Positions 29,652 through 40,160 of a DNA stretch of 64,000 nucleotides are shown one piece after another. Within the stretch, counting starts at the first letter, position 1. Every line of letters starts with the position of its first letter. Location of the stretch: the NCBI GenBank assembly GCA_965198235.1, contig OZ240248.1, forward strand, positions 2,016,001 through 2,080,000, given 5' to 3'. Under the pieces are notes generated by a model. It made no database searches. It had not been told where the DNA came from and saw nothing but the letters and a program-made list of their open reading frames with translations. The stretch is from Candidatus Poribacteria bacterium (lineage in GTDB: Bacteria > Poribacteria > WGA-4E > WGA-3G). The position numbers and the translations under genes were made by a program.

Positions 29652-30680
29652 ATGCAGGAAATTGTGGTAGATTCAGCGAAGTTACACGATTTCGCTCGGA
29701 CACTTTGTGAAAAGGCGGGATTGCGTTCGGAAGACGGAGAGACGATCGCGAAGCATCAGGTGCTAACCGATTTGCGAGGTGTGCATTCACACGGCACACG
29801 CGCTTTACCGGGTTACCTCAACCTCGTTCTTGACGGAAAGATGAACCCACAACCCGAACTCCGCCTCGCGACAGAGGGACCGAGTTTCGCTGTTGTTGAC
29901 GGGGATAACGGGATGGGACATCTGGCAAGCACGTTCGCAATGGAGACGGCAATAGAGAAGGCAAAGACAACGGGGATCGCTGCCGCAGGGGTTCGCAACG
30001 CCGGTCATTTCGGTGCGGCGGCATGCTACGCAATGATGGCGGCATCGAGCCAGATGATCGGGTTTTCGACGACGAACACAGGCGGTGCCTCTATCGTAGC
30101 CCCAGGCGGTGCGGAAGCAGTTGTTGCAAACAATGCGATGAGTTATGCCTTGCCTACCGGCGATGGGCATCCGATTGTATTGGACATGGCGTGTGGCGTT
30201 TCCGCATGGGGGAAAATTGGCACATTACGGATGTATGGCAAACCGATTCCCGAAGGGTGGCTTATAGATGAGACGGGTCAACCTACCAACGATCCAGAGA
30301 AGGGACGTTTCCTCGCACCGGCAGCGGGACCACGGGGTTACGGATTGGCACTCATTATGGGCATCCTCGCCGGTCCTTTGAGCGGTGGCTTAATGGCTTG
30401 TAATAAAGCAGGCGATCCCTCTGAACACTTCTTCTTCGCGATGAATATTGCGAGTTTCACGGACTACGACGGTTATAGCGAGGAAATCCAGCGGGGTATA
30501 GACAAAATTCACGCCTCGAAAACGGCAGAAGGCGTGGAGCAAGCCTATCTCCCCGGCGAAATTGAGTGGAATCACTACGATAATTACCTTGAAAACGGCA
30601 TTCCGATCCACGTAGACCATTTACGGGGTCTCGCTGGCATCGCTGAAAAGTTAGATATCCCCATCTGTTGGGAGTGGTAG
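29652..30680 (+). CDS. Ldh_2 family oxidoreductase (malate/L-lactate/ureidoglycolate dehydrogenase-like)
   Basis: DLRGVHSHG, VDGDNGMG, HFGAA, VLDMA, GYGLA and YLPGE motifs. Confidence 0.9.
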   Translation: MQEIVVDSAKLHDFARTLCEKAGLRSEDGETIAKHQVLTDLRGVHSHGTRALPGYLNLVLDGKMNPQPELRLATEGPSFAVVDGDNGMGHLASTFAMETAIEKAKTTGIAAAGVRNAGHFGAAACYAMMAASSQMIGFSTTNTGGASIVAPGGAEAVVANNAMSYALPTGDGHPIVLDMACGVSAWGKIGTLRMYGKPIPEGWLIDETGQPTNDPEKGRFLAPAAGPRGYGLALIMGILAGPLSGGLMACNKAGDPSEHFFFAMNIASFTDYDGYSEEIQRGIDKIHASKTAEGVEQAYLPGEIEWNHYDNYLENGIPIHVDHLRGLAGIAEKLDIPICWEW

Positions 30681-30746
30681 GAGAGAGGCAAAAACGAGTC
30701 GAAGCCTCAATCCGTAATCAAAAATAGAGGAGGGAAGGGGTAAAAT

Positions 30747-32243
30747 ATGGCAGAAACGAAAGAACGTGTAGCGGGCGGCACGCTCCCCGATTGGGAGGTC
30801 GAAGATTTACCTGCACCGCCCCCTTATCAATTTGGAAAAGCGTTTCGGAGTATCTTAGGTCCCGGCATTATCGCCTTGGGCGGTTCAATCGGCAGTGGAG
30901 AGTGGTTGCTCGGTCCCGCGATTACCGCACAATACGGGGGTAGATTGCTCTGGATTGCGACATTCGCCATCCTGCTTCAGGTGGTTCTCAATACAGAAGC
31001 GATCCGCTATACACTTTACACCGGCGAGCCGATGATGAGCGGTTACATGCGGTGCAAGCCGGGCGCGCCTTTCTGGATGACTTTCTATTCGGGTATAAAC
31101 TTTTTCGGAATTTGGCCCGGTTGGGCAATGACGGCTGCGACAGCACTCGCTGCTGCGTGGCTCGGCTATATGCCGCAGGATGCAGATGGCGGGACGGTGC
31201 GCGTGTTCGCATATCTCATCTTTTTCTCCTGTCTGGGAATTGTGCTGTTCGGCGGGAAGATTTATAACTCGCTTGAGAAGGTGCAACTCTTTATGGTCGT
31301 TTGGATTATCAGCTACCTCATCGTCATTGATCTGTTTATGGTGTCGCCAAAAGTGTGGTGGAGTGTTATCAAAGGTTTCTTTAGTTTCGGAGCACTCCCT
31401 ACCCCTGGAGCAGATGGGCAGGTGAATTGGTTGCTTGTCGGTGCATTCGCGGCGTATGCAGGCAGCGGCGGCTTAGGCAATGTTGGCATGACCCATTACG
31501 TTCGCGATAAAGGGTGGGGTATGAGCAGTCTCGTCGGCGCAATCCCATCAATGGTCGGTGGACAGCACGTGACACTCTCGCACTGGGGTAAAGTGTTTCG
31601 CATCACACCAGAGAACCTCAAACGGTTCAAGGAGTGGTGGAAATATGTCAGGTTTGAACAGTATTACATCTGGATGATCGGATGTTTCATCGGTATTGCG
31701 TTGCCCGCAATGCTAACCTTGGAGTATGTGCCTCAGGGACAGGAGATGGAACAGTGGTCGGCAGCGGCAATCCAAGCGGAGGGACTTGAGGCAAGAGGCG
31801 GTAGAAGTATGTGGTATCTCACGCTACTCTGCGGTTTCTGGGTGCTGTTTTCGACACAACTCGGTGGAGTGGACGGTGTGCCGCGCGGTTTTACTGATAT
31901 TATTTGGACCGGCGTGAAGCGTGCTCGAAACTTGGGTGAACACAGCGCAAAATGGATTTACTATCCGATACTCGGTGTTTATATTGTCTGGGGCATCATC
32001 GCGATGTATCTCGCGAAACCGTTCTTTATGATCTTGGTATCAGCAACGATTGGCGGGTATCTGCTTGTGTTTTCGGCGTTACATACACTCTACGTGAACC
32101 GGAAATTCTTACCGCCAGAGATACAAACACCGTTGTGGAAGCAGATTGGACTGGTATTGTGCGCAGGCTATTATTCGATCTTCGGATCTATTACCGTCTA
32201 TCAAAAGGTGCTTGTGCCTTACATTTTCCCGATTTTTGGATAG
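30747..32243 (+). CDS. Nramp/APC-superfamily transporter
   Basis: GPGII..G.SIGSGEWL..P; RYTLYTGE; many TM segments. Confidence 0.8.
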   Translation: MAETKERVAGGTLPDWEVEDLPAPPPYQFGKAFRSILGPGIIALGGSIGSGEWLLGPAITAQYGGRLLWIATFAILLQVVLNTEAIRYTLYTGEPMMSGYMRCKPGAPFWMTFYSGINFFGIWPGWAMTAATALAAAWLGYMPQDADGGTVRVFAYLIFFSCLGIVLFGGKIYNSLEKVQLFMVVWIISYLIVIDLFMVSPKVWWSVIKGFFSFGALPTPGADGQVNWLLVGAFAAYAGSGGLGNVGMTHYVRDKGWGMSSLVGAIPSMVGGQHVTLSHWGKVFRITPENLKRFKEWWKYVRFEQYYIWMIGCFIGIALPAMLTLEYVPQGQEMEQWSAAAIQAEGLEARGGRSMWYLTLLCGFWVLFSTQLGGVDGVPRGFTDIIWTGVKRARNLGEHSAKWIYYPILGVYIVWGIIAMYLAKPFFMILVSATIGGYLLVFSALHTLYVNRKFLPPEIQTPLWKQIGLVLCAGYYSIFGSITVYQKVLVPYIFPIFG

Positions 32244-32249
32244 AACGTT

Positions 32250-32745
32250 CACAGATGGGTAGGAGAATCCAAGACCTACCCCATACATGTCAATTTAGCG
32301 GGATATATTCTTGTGGGAGGGTTTTGTAAACCCGATTAAGTTCATTGTCGTGCTCTATCCACTTTCAAAGTGGGGGTAACCCCGTTTGTAGTAGGGCATT
32401 CATTGCCCGTTGTTGACCGTTCTCACTGCGAAGCAGTGCGATAAATCGCACGACTACGAACATACCTTCAATTTGAAACTGGATGGAACAGTAGGTTGGG
32501 TTGAACGGATAATGCCAGAACCCTATCAACTCATAGAAAACTGATGCCCCTCCATACACTCGGTATCACAGATATACCGAGTGAAACCCAACACTCACTG
32601 AAGGCTTCGCGCACAGAGAACTCCAAAATCTGCGAAATCCGTGTAATCCGTGATTCAGACGAGATATAGCACGCAAGTCCCATAAAAGACGAATATATTT
32701 TCTAAAATTGACGGCTATGGGTAGGCACAAGACCCACCCCTACAT
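32250..32745. repeat. Cluster of several REP-like palindrome families
   Basis: GGGTAGG..CCTACCC, GTGGGAGGGTTTTGTAAACCCGA, BIME doublet, GTAGGTTGGGTT..AACCCAAC, GGGTAGGCACAAGACCCACCCCTAC. Confidence 0.7.
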
Positions 32746-32771
32746 GGTCGGTTGACGCGTCCTGTTTTAAA

Positions 32772-34283
32772 TTATACCTCAACAATTGCTTCTACAAGGC
32801 TCTCGACGGATGCCTTCTTTGCAACCACATCAACCCGCACATCACGCGCCAATGCCGTTTTCTGTGTTGTGGGACCGATCACGGCGACTTTGACATTAGC
32901 GAGTAATGCTGTAGGGGTGTGTGTGGGAAACATCTCCAAGAAATTCGTGACCGTTGAGGAACTGGTGAACGTGACGAAGTCGATGCTACCGTTCAGGAGG
33001 TCTGCTTCAATCGCCTCTCGGTCTTCGCTCGCCACTTTGACGGTCCCGTAGAGAGGTACATCATCGACTTGTGCCCCCTTCTCACGCAAACCGTTGGGCA
33101 GATCAGCAGTAGCAATCTTCGCACGTGGCAGGAGAATTTTCTTTCCGTTCACATCTGTCATTTCAGAGGCAATCGCACTTCCGCGGGAGTGAGAAGGAAC
33201 AAAATCGGGATGGATACCGATGCGGTTTAAAGCCTCCACAGTTTTCGCGCCAACTGCACAGATACTGCTTCCACCGAACGCGCGGGCATCCTTTCCGTTT
33301 TCTTGTAGACGTTCATAGAAAATTTCTACGGCGTTGACACTCGTGAAGATAACCCAGTCGTATGCGTTGGGAGAGGGTATGTCCACACCCTCAATAGGGT
33401 GGATCTTTATCGTGGGGAATTGGATGACCTCTGCGCCGTTTGCTTCCAACAGATCTGCGAAATCGCTTGCCTGTGCACGGGCGCGTGTGACAAGGATTCG
33501 CTTCCCGAAGAGAGGTTTGGTGTCAAACCATCGGAGTTGCTGGCGTAGCCTGTTCACCTCTCCGACAACGATAACCGCCGGACTTTTGAGCTGAGCCGCT
33601 TCTACTTTTTGCACAATATCGGTAAGCGTACCTTGCACGACGTGCTGTTGCGGTGTCGTTCCGACGCGAACTAAACTGACGGGGGTTTGCGGATTTCTAC
33701 CGTGCGCTATCAGCCGTTCCACAATCTGATGAAGGTGCGCAACCCCCATGTAGACAACCAGTGTATCAACTGCGGTGGCGAGTTGTGCCCAATTGATGTT
33801 TGAACCTGAACGCAGTGCCGCGGAATGCCCCGTAACAAAAGCGACCGATGAGGCGTAGTCGCGATGTGTAACCGGAATGCCTGCATAAGCAGATGCGGCA
33901 ATCGCAGACGTGATACCCGGAACGACTTCAAAGGGAATTCCTGCTTCTGTAAGAGCAACCGCTTCTTCTCCACCGCGTCCAAAAATATACGGATCGCCGC
34001 CTTTCAGGCGGACAACGATTTTACCGGCTTTAGCGTGTTCAATCAGCAAATGATTGAGTTCATCTTGGCGTGTCGCTCGGATTCTTGGGTCGGGTGCCTT
34101 GATCTTTTCGGTGTGTGCAGGGCAATATTCCAGCAGGGCATCGTTTAGCAACAGGTCATAAATGACGACATCAGCGCGCTGAAGGCACTCTACACCTTTG
34201 AGCGTGATGAGTTTCCTATCACCGGGACCAGCACCTACAATGTAAACAATACCTGTGTGCGGTTTCTGAGAAGACGCGTTCAT
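32772..34283 (-). CDS. cobA: Uroporphyrinogen-III C-methyltransferase / uroporphyrinogen-III synthase fusion (CobA-HemD)
   Basis: VGAGPGD, RLKGGDP.IFGRGGEE, PLFGKRILVTR and FTSSSTV motifs. Confidence 0.93.
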   Translation of the reverse strand: MNASSQKPHTGIVYIVGAGPGDRKLITLKGVECLQRADVVIYDLLLNDALLEYCPAHTEKIKAPDPRIRATRQDELNHLLIEHAKAGKIVVRLKGGDPYIFGRGGEEAVALTEAGIPFEVVPGITSAIAASAYAGIPVTHRDYASSVAFVTGHSAALRSGSNINWAQLATAVDTLVVYMGVAHLHQIVERLIAHGRNPQTPVSLVRVGTTPQQHVVQGTLTDIVQKVEAAQLKSPAVIVVGEVNRLRQQLRWFDTKPLFGKRILVTRARAQASDFADLLEANGAEVIQFPTIKIHPIEGVDIPSPNAYDWVIFTSVNAVEIFYERLQENGKDARAFGGSSICAVGAKTVEALNRIGIHPDFVPSHSRGSAIASEMTDVNGKKILLPRAKIATADLPNGLREKGAQVDDVPLYGTVKVASEDREAIEADLLNGSIDFVTFTSSSTVTNFLEMFPTHTPTALLANVKVAVIGPTTQKTALARDVRVDVVAKKASVESLVEAIVEV

Positions 34284-35206
34284 CAGTGGCTCTCCTCTAC
34301 CATCAATAGTTCTGTCGCCCCGCTATTTCGGAGTTTTTCGGCAACAACGCCGCCCAAATGTTGTGCCGCATCTGGTGCTCCGGTGGTGCGCTCAATAATG
34401 CGTTGGATACCGTCTGGATGACAAACCGCACCGATGAGCGAGAGTTCACCATCGACATGTTTCGCAAGTGCCCCAATCGGCACTTGGCATCCACCGCCGA
34501 GGCTTTCCAATACAGCCCTTTCCGCTGTGATTTCTGCCATTGCTGAGGCATCATTCAGAGGCAGAAGCAGTTTTTCGACCCTATCGTCTCCTTCCCGCAC
34601 TTCAATCGCGAGTGCGCCTTGCCCGACTGCTGGGATCATCTGTTCTGTGTCAAAGAATTGTGTGATGATTTCTGGTTTGAGGAGACGTTTGATACCTGCT
34701 GCAGCGAGAATAATTCCGTCGAGATCGGTTTCGCGGAGTTTGCGCAACCGCGTATCAATGTTGCCTCGAACATCAACGACTCGCAGATCTGGACGCATAT
34801 AGAGGAGTTGCGCTTTTCGGCGTGGACTTGTAGTGCCAATCTTCGCGCCTTCCGGCAAACTTTCTAAAGGCACTCCTGTGTCTGTTATAAGCACATCGCG
34901 CGGGTCTTCTCGCCTCGGGATAGCGGCAATACAAAGTCCTTCTGGCAATTCTGTCGGGAGATCTTTCAAACTGTGGACAGCGAGGTCGATGTCGCCGGTT
35001 AAGAGGGCGTTTTCTATCTCTTTGGTGAAAACACCTTTGCCGAGTCCAACTAACGAGCGGTTTTGGATTGTATCACCGGTGGTTTTGATGGTCTTGAGGG
35101 AGACTTCCAAGGTAGGGAAATGGTGTTCCAACTGATTTTTGATGAATTGTGCCTGCCAAAGTGCGAGTTGGCTGCCACGTGTGCCGATTACAAGCGAGCT
35201 GTGCAT
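34283..35206 (-). CDS. hemC: Hydroxymethylbilane synthase
   Basis: IGTRGSQLALWQ, KGVFTKEIE, AVHSLKD and GGGCQVP motifs. Confidence 0.95.
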   Translation of the reverse strand: MHSSLVIGTRGSQLALWQAQFIKNQLEHHFPTLEVSLKTIKTTGDTIQNRSLVGLGKGVFTKEIENALLTGDIDLAVHSLKDLPTELPEGLCIAAIPRREDPRDVLITDTGVPLESLPEGAKIGTTSPRRKAQLLYMRPDLRVVDVRGNIDTRLRKLRETDLDGIILAAAGIKRLLKPEIITQFFDTEQMIPAVGQGALAIEVREGDDRVEKLLLPLNDASAMAEITAERAVLESLGGGCQVPIGALAKHVDGELSLIGAVCHPDGIQRIIERTTGAPDAAQHLGGVVAEKLRNSGATELLMVEESH

Positions 35207-35511
35207 TTTTAAATTATTAAATCTGTTAACCATCGAAGAAATCCGCAGAAACACCCAAGCAAAAACCCCAAGCAAAAACACTCGTGCTTTAACATTTATA
35301 ACGGAGTCGAGTTGATGGTTAAACCGTTCCAAATGTAAAGCAAAGACAAATTATGCCATTTAAGGAAACCTAATTTCGTTTCACGGTGATTTTCGGTTGA
35401 TTCCAATCGTCTCTTGATGATGAAGCACAGATAAAAACTTTACGATCCATAAACACTTAGCGTTAACTATAAACCTGCCGAAACGAAGTAGAGGCAGCCC
35501 AGGAGCAATTA

Positions 35512-36822
35512 TTAGAAATCTGTGTTCTCATCGTTAACATCCAAAGCGAACAATTCCTGTAGGGCTTGGACATATTGCCCATGATCGGCATCGCCGTCGT
35601 TGACAGCGCAGCGGAGATTTTGCATTGGATGATGGAGCAGTTTTTTGACAATTGCCTGCGTCATAGAGGCGATAACTTCCTCCTGCTGGTCGGAGAGTGT
35701 TGCCTTGTAGAAACACGCTTGCAATTCGGTGTCGGCTATCTGTCGAAACTGCTGATGCAGTGCTTTGATCGTAGGATTGACCTGAAAGATTTGCAATTGG
35801 TCGTAGAACCGCTTGGCTTCTTCAGAGACGATCTGCTCTGCACGGGTTGCTTCATGCTGACGGTCTTTGAGATTTGAGGCGACAACGGCTTCGAGATCAT
35901 CGATATTGTAGAGGAATGCGTGGTCGAGTTTGCTCACATCCGGCTCGATATCGCGTGGGACGGCGATGTCGATGAGGAACATATATCGGTGCTTCCGTTT
36001 CCGCATGATGTCGGCGAGAGGCTGTCGCTTGATGAGATAATCGGGGGCATTGGTAGAACTAATGACAATATCGGCATCAATGAGGAAACTGAGATCGCTG
36101 TCGTAGGCGAGGGGTGTTCCATTAAACTTCTCTGCGACGTTGACTGCCCGCTTGTATGTCCGATTTGCAACGATTACGTTGGAGACCCCATTTGCAACGA
36201 GATGCTTCGCTGTGAGTTCGCTCATCTCTCCTGCCCCGATAATCGCAACAGTTTTACCTTCGAGTGTGTTGAAAATCTTTTTGGCGAGTTCGACGGCGGC
36301 GTAACTAATGGAGACAGCACCGGTAGTGATTGTCGTCTCGGATCGGATGCGTTTACCAACGCTGAAGGCTTTGGTGAAAAGACGATTGAGAATAATCCCC
36401 GTGCTACCTGCCGAACGTGAGGTGTCGTAAGCATCTTTGACTTGCCCCAATATTTGGGACTCACCGACGACCATAGAATCGAGACTCGATGTCACTCTGA
36501 AGAGGTGCCGGATTGTCTCCAAGTTATGGTGGAGATACGTCCATTTCTTCAGCGATTCCGTATCAATCTGATGGCATCGGGAGAGGAATTCAGCCAACAC
36601 CTTGGTAGCTGCCTCGGCAGTCCGCACTGAATTCAGGACTGCATAGACTTCTACCCGATTACAGGTAGAGAGAATCACTGCCTCTTGGACCTGATCAGAT
36701 TCATGCAAGTACTGATGGGATTCAATGAGTTGTTCTTCGGAAAACGCCAATCTTTCCCTGAATTCAATAGGGGCGACATGATGGCTGGTTCCGATAGAGA
36801 CGATGTGGTTCATTCCTTTCAC
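35512..36822 (-). CDS. hemA: Glutamyl-tRNA reductase
   Basis: LSTCNRVE, SLDSMVVGESQILGQVK, GAGEM and DIAVPRD motifs. Confidence 0.95.
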   Translation of the reverse strand: MKGMNHIVSIGTSHHVAPIEFRERLAFSEEQLIESHQYLHESDQVQEAVILSTCNRVEVYAVLNSVRTAEAATKVLAEFLSRCHQIDTESLKKWTYLHHNLETIRHLFRVTSSLDSMVVGESQILGQVKDAYDTSRSAGSTGIILNRLFTKAFSVGKRIRSETTITTGAVSISYAAVELAKKIFNTLEGKTVAIIGAGEMSELTAKHLVANGVSNVIVANRTYKRAVNVAEKFNGTPLAYDSDLSFLIDADIVISSTNAPDYLIKRQPLADIMRKRKHRYMFLIDIAVPRDIEPDVSKLDHAFLYNIDDLEAVVASNLKDRQHEATRAEQIVSEEAKRFYDQLQIFQVNPTIKALHQQFRQIADTELQACFYKATLSDQQEEVIASMTQAIVKKLLHHPMQNLRCAVNDGDADHGQYVQALQELFALDVNDENTDF

Positions 36823-36865
36823 CGAAAGAGTCTAAAAGGTGAAGTATCCTTCATACGTTTACTAA

Positions 36866-36894
36866 ATTATATCACATATCAGCGGTTGTGTCAA
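36866..36894 (-). promoter_or_regulatory. Consensus sigma-70 promoter for hemA
   Basis: Perfect TTGACA-N17-TATAAT with an extended TG. Confidence 0.75.
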
Positions 36895-36962
36895 ATTTAG
36901 AACTCGCGATTTTCCCCTCGCTCAAACTTTTGACAACATATTTACTTGACAGTCTTCTAAAA

Positions 36963-37805
36963 TTAGCGGTACGTGTGCATGCTGTCTAAAAAGAGATCCA
37001 CGCCAACATAGGTGCAGAGAACCGCAACGAAACCGATGATTGCGGCATACGCCGCTCTGCGTCCGTGCCAGCCCCAAAGCTGACGGATACCGATTTGCAC
37101 GACATAGATAAACCACGTCATCAGGGTAGAGATTACCTTCGCATCGAGCCATCTCCACGGCACGTCTCGGATATATTGGGTCCAGAGACTCCCGACGATA
37201 ACCCCCATTGTGAGCAGAATCACACCCAAAATTGTGCAACGATACCCAAGTTCATCGGATATACCGAGGGAAGGGAGGAGGTTGTCGAGGAGCGTGTCCG
37301 TCTTTTTGCGGATTTTCCGTTCTGCTATGAGATACATCAACCCAAACCCAAATGCAGCGATGAACGCGGCGTATGCGAGAAAAATGAGTGTCGTGTGTGC
37401 CAGAAGCCAATAGTTTTGCAACGGTTCAGGAAGCGCGGCTGTGTGCGTGGCGAAACTATATGAGATGAGTATCGCAATAAACGCAACCGGCATCACAAAA
37501 CTGCCGAGTGTGCGGAGATGCGTCAGACGCACGATGACGAGATAAATCAGCGTGATTGCCCACGCAAAGAAGGCGGTGGAGTCGGTCCAGTGCGTCATCG
37601 GAAAATGCCCTTGCTGTAGCCACCAGAGTGCGATAAAGACGGTCAGAAAAGCGAAACCGATGATAGTACACCAAAAAGCGAGCCGCTCGATGGCTGGACG
37701 AATTACGGAGGCTTCGGTCCGATTCCCAATCGCCAGCGAGAGTGTCTGGAAAATGCCTGCCGCTAAGTATATTAAAAGGGTAACGAGAAATAGAAAATTT
37801 ATCAT
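36963..37805 (-). CDS. ccsA: Cytochrome c assembly protein CcsA/HemX-like
   Basis: Multi-TM; WLLAH; G..W......W..DAK WWD-like motif; position upstream of hemA. Confidence 0.82.
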   Translation of the reverse strand: MINFLFLVTLLIYLAAGIFQTLSLAIGNRTEASVIRPAIERLAFWCTIIGFAFLTVFIALWWLQQGHFPMTHWTDSTAFFAWAITLIYLVIVRLTHLRTLGSFVMPVAFIAILISYSFATHTAALPEPLQNYWLLAHTTLIFLAYAAFIAAFGFGLMYLIAERKIRKKTDTLLDNLLPSLGISDELGYRCTILGVILLTMGVIVGSLWTQYIRDVPWRWLDAKVISTLMTWFIYVVQIGIRQLWGWHGRRAAYAAIIGFVAVLCTYVGVDLFLDSMHTYR

Positions 37806-37875
37806 GCTCCGTGCGTCTTGAGGTGGTAATGGACGTGTACTCACAACGGATAGATATGACTATCCTTTGGCTATA

Positions 37876-38718
37876 TTATTCGTTTTCATTTTGGCTGTTG
37901 GCGAGTTGCGCCTGGAGACGTTCTAACTCGGCTTCTATTGCTTGTCGACGTTCCGATTCTGCTGCCGCCAGTTCTTCTGCCGCCTGTCGACGTTCCGATT
38001 CTTTTGCTGCCAGTTCTTCTGCCGCCACCCGTAGGTGATGTTCCTTCACCCGTAGATGATGTTCCTCAATAGAAGTGGTAATCGGGGTGCCATCAGGGAG
38101 GTAAGGGCGTAACAGCCGGACGTGGCTATGAAGCTGATCCTCCCATCGAAAATAGAGATTTAACGCCTCGCTGAATAGTCCTCTTTGTGCGTCCGGCGCG
38201 AGTTCTACGATGCCTCCCACGTCACTCCGTCTCCACCCGCGGAATTCCGCAGGTTTTTCCATTTCGGGTTGATGGATGAAGTACTCTTGAACACCCATTT
38301 CCAGCAGATACAGTTGGACTTTCTCATGCCGATCTTGATTCGCCGTCGCATCGGAAAGAAATTCAAAAACAGCCGCAGGAACAGCACCTTCTGCCCAGGT
38401 ATAAAAACTGCGACGCAGTGGATATTTATCAGCACCTAAAACGACATAAACGTCGGGTGAGACGCATTTTCTCATGTCGCCTTCACGGTAGTAGATGAAG
38501 TTGTCAACACCGATGTAAATGTGCGCGTTAATCGCAAAGTATCGCGAGAGTTGTTCAGAAAAGGTGGTGATTTGTTCCGCGTGAAAATCTGTTGCGGCCA
38601 TCGGCTCATCGTCCTCACAAGGGTATCCTTCAATGTAAACGGTCGGTTTTCCACTCGCTTTTGGAAAGACAGGCATGTATTTTCTTTGCTTCAATTCAAA
38701 ATCATTTAGCGTATTCAT
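37876..38718 (-). CDS. Uma2-family endonuclease with C-terminal coiled-coil repeats
   Basis: SPDVYVV, P.AVFEFLS.AT...D...K...Y...GVQEYF; repeats of AAEELAA.ESERRQ. Confidence 0.88.
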   Translation of the reverse strand: MNTLNDFELKQRKYMPVFPKASGKPTVYIEGYPCEDDEPMAATDFHAEQITTFSEQLSRYFAINAHIYIGVDNFIYYREGDMRKCVSPDVYVVLGADKYPLRRSFYTWAEGAVPAAVFEFLSDATANQDRHEKVQLYLLEMGVQEYFIHQPEMEKPAEFRGWRRSDVGGIVELAPDAQRGLFSEALNLYFRWEDQLHSHVRLLRPYLPDGTPITTSIEEHHLRVKEHHLRVAAEELAAKESERRQAAEELAAAESERRQAIEAELERLQAQLANSQNENE

Positions 38719-38789
38719 TATGTTCTCCCTTCCTCAACCGTTTTGAAGATCTTTAAAAAAAGGCAGACTGTTTTTATTTTGATGCAATT

Positions 38790-39992
38790 TTAACAACACG
38801 TGTGCTCTTTGTCAAGTAGTTTGGAGGTAAAGGCGTTGGCGCGTTCCAGTTTGCCGTGCCGGACCCAGTTGAAAAGGCATTCGGCGGAACATTCAGGGTT
38901 TGTGAGACCAAGACAACATGTCTGCAGTTGTGCGTTCTTCATTTCAATCTTGTTGATGAGCGTCTCAAAGAAGTCGGCACGCTTTTTAGGGGTCGGAAAA
39001 GCCTTGAGAATCTCAGAGCGGCGCGTTCCGAGGAATTCAATAAACGCCCCGTAGCCGTTGTTTTCAAACTGGTTCGTGAGTTTTTTATGTAGGCGTTTTG
39101 CCTTGTCAATACCTGCACTGCTTCGCGCCGATACACTAATTATCAGATTGTCATCTATTATGAGATCCGGAGTGAAGTGGGTGCCAGCGTCCGGCGCATC
39201 AAGATATTCCCGAATGAATGTCCCCTCGCTTCTACAGTTGCCAATTCCCCCCTGATAAGGGGGGTTGGTGCTCAAAAGTCTATCTACAGCAGAAAATTGG
39301 TCTGCAATAACAAGAAACACGTCTTCAAGGTGATGCGGTTTCATTTCGTCGGGTGCCGGACAAACAACAGAGGCACCACATTGGTTGAGTAGGGAGAGGC
39401 GACGTTCAATTTCCGGTGTTTCTTGTGTACATAAAACAACACACCTACGATTTTCCAACAGAAGATAGACGGGGTACGGCAGTCCTTGATTCTCGATTGG
39501 TACGGGTTCTCCATCTTCGTATCCGAGTGTATATAGCGAGGTGGCGTATAGGACCTCCTCAAAATGTTCACGGATACGGCGACTCGTCGCCGGACTTCTA
39601 CCACTCGTAGAGATGCTCAGCATGAAGTCACCATCGGTTACGACGGAGGCGGCGGCGAAAGTGCACTGCGGGATGACATCAACAACGTTGACTAAACGGA
39701 TTTTGTGCTTTTCGTATGCTTCCGTGAAGACAGCAGAATTAATATCTGTAAAATCGGTCGCAGCGCAGACGAGAAAATAACCGTGTGTATCATCAGCCTC
39801 CAACTGCCGCTTGTGCCAGCGAATTGTGCCGATGTTTGCGAGGAATGTCAACAATTCCGTTGCATCGGGACTGATTACGGTGACATCGCCACCGCTGAGG
39901 AGCATGGCAACAACTTTCCGCTCCGCAACAGTACCACCGCCAACAACGAGGCATTTTTTGTCCTGAAGGTTTATATGTGCAGGATAGAACAT
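38790..39992 (-). CDS. Precorrin-2 dehydrogenase/sirohydrochlorin ferrochelatase (CysG-N/SirC-like) with internally duplicated domain
   Basis: YP..INL.DKKCLVVGGG.VAERK and ISTSGRSP, then a second YPVYL.L.NRRCVV...IISVS segment. Confidence 0.85.
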   Translation of the reverse strand: MFYPAHINLQDKKCLVVGGGTVAERKVVAMLLSGGDVTVISPDATELLTFLANIGTIRWHKRQLEADDTHGYFLVCAATDFTDINSAVFTEAYEKHKIRLVNVVDVIPQCTFAAASVVTDGDFMLSISTSGRSPATSRRIREHFEEVLYATSLYTLGYEDGEPVPIENQGLPYPVYLLLENRRCVVLCTQETPEIERRLSLLNQCGASVVCPAPDEMKPHHLEDVFLVIADQFSAVDRLLSTNPPYQGGIGNCRSEGTFIREYLDAPDAGTHFTPDLIIDDNLIISVSARSSAGIDKAKRLHKKLTNQFENNGYGAFIEFLGTRRSEILKAFPTPKKRADFFETLINKIEMKNAQLQTCCLGLTNPECSAECLFNWVRHGKLERANAFTSKLLDKEHTCC

Positions 39993-40160
39993 TTTATGAG
40001 TTTTCAGTTATCGGTTTTTTCTCATTTCCGCTGGCGAGGTTTCCTGGGGAAATCCACAGAAATCCACAGAAATCCACAGAAACACCCAAGCAAAAACACC
40101 CCTATCAAAAACCCCAAGCAAAACATCTCGCCAGTTCACCAGTTATTATCCCTTGGGGTA

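Noticed and set aside
35207-35332. N-terminal extension of hemC (VFAWVFLRIS)
   Set aside because: It translates the inserted A/C-rich repeat; the same peptide appears in the spurious ORF 63722-63940
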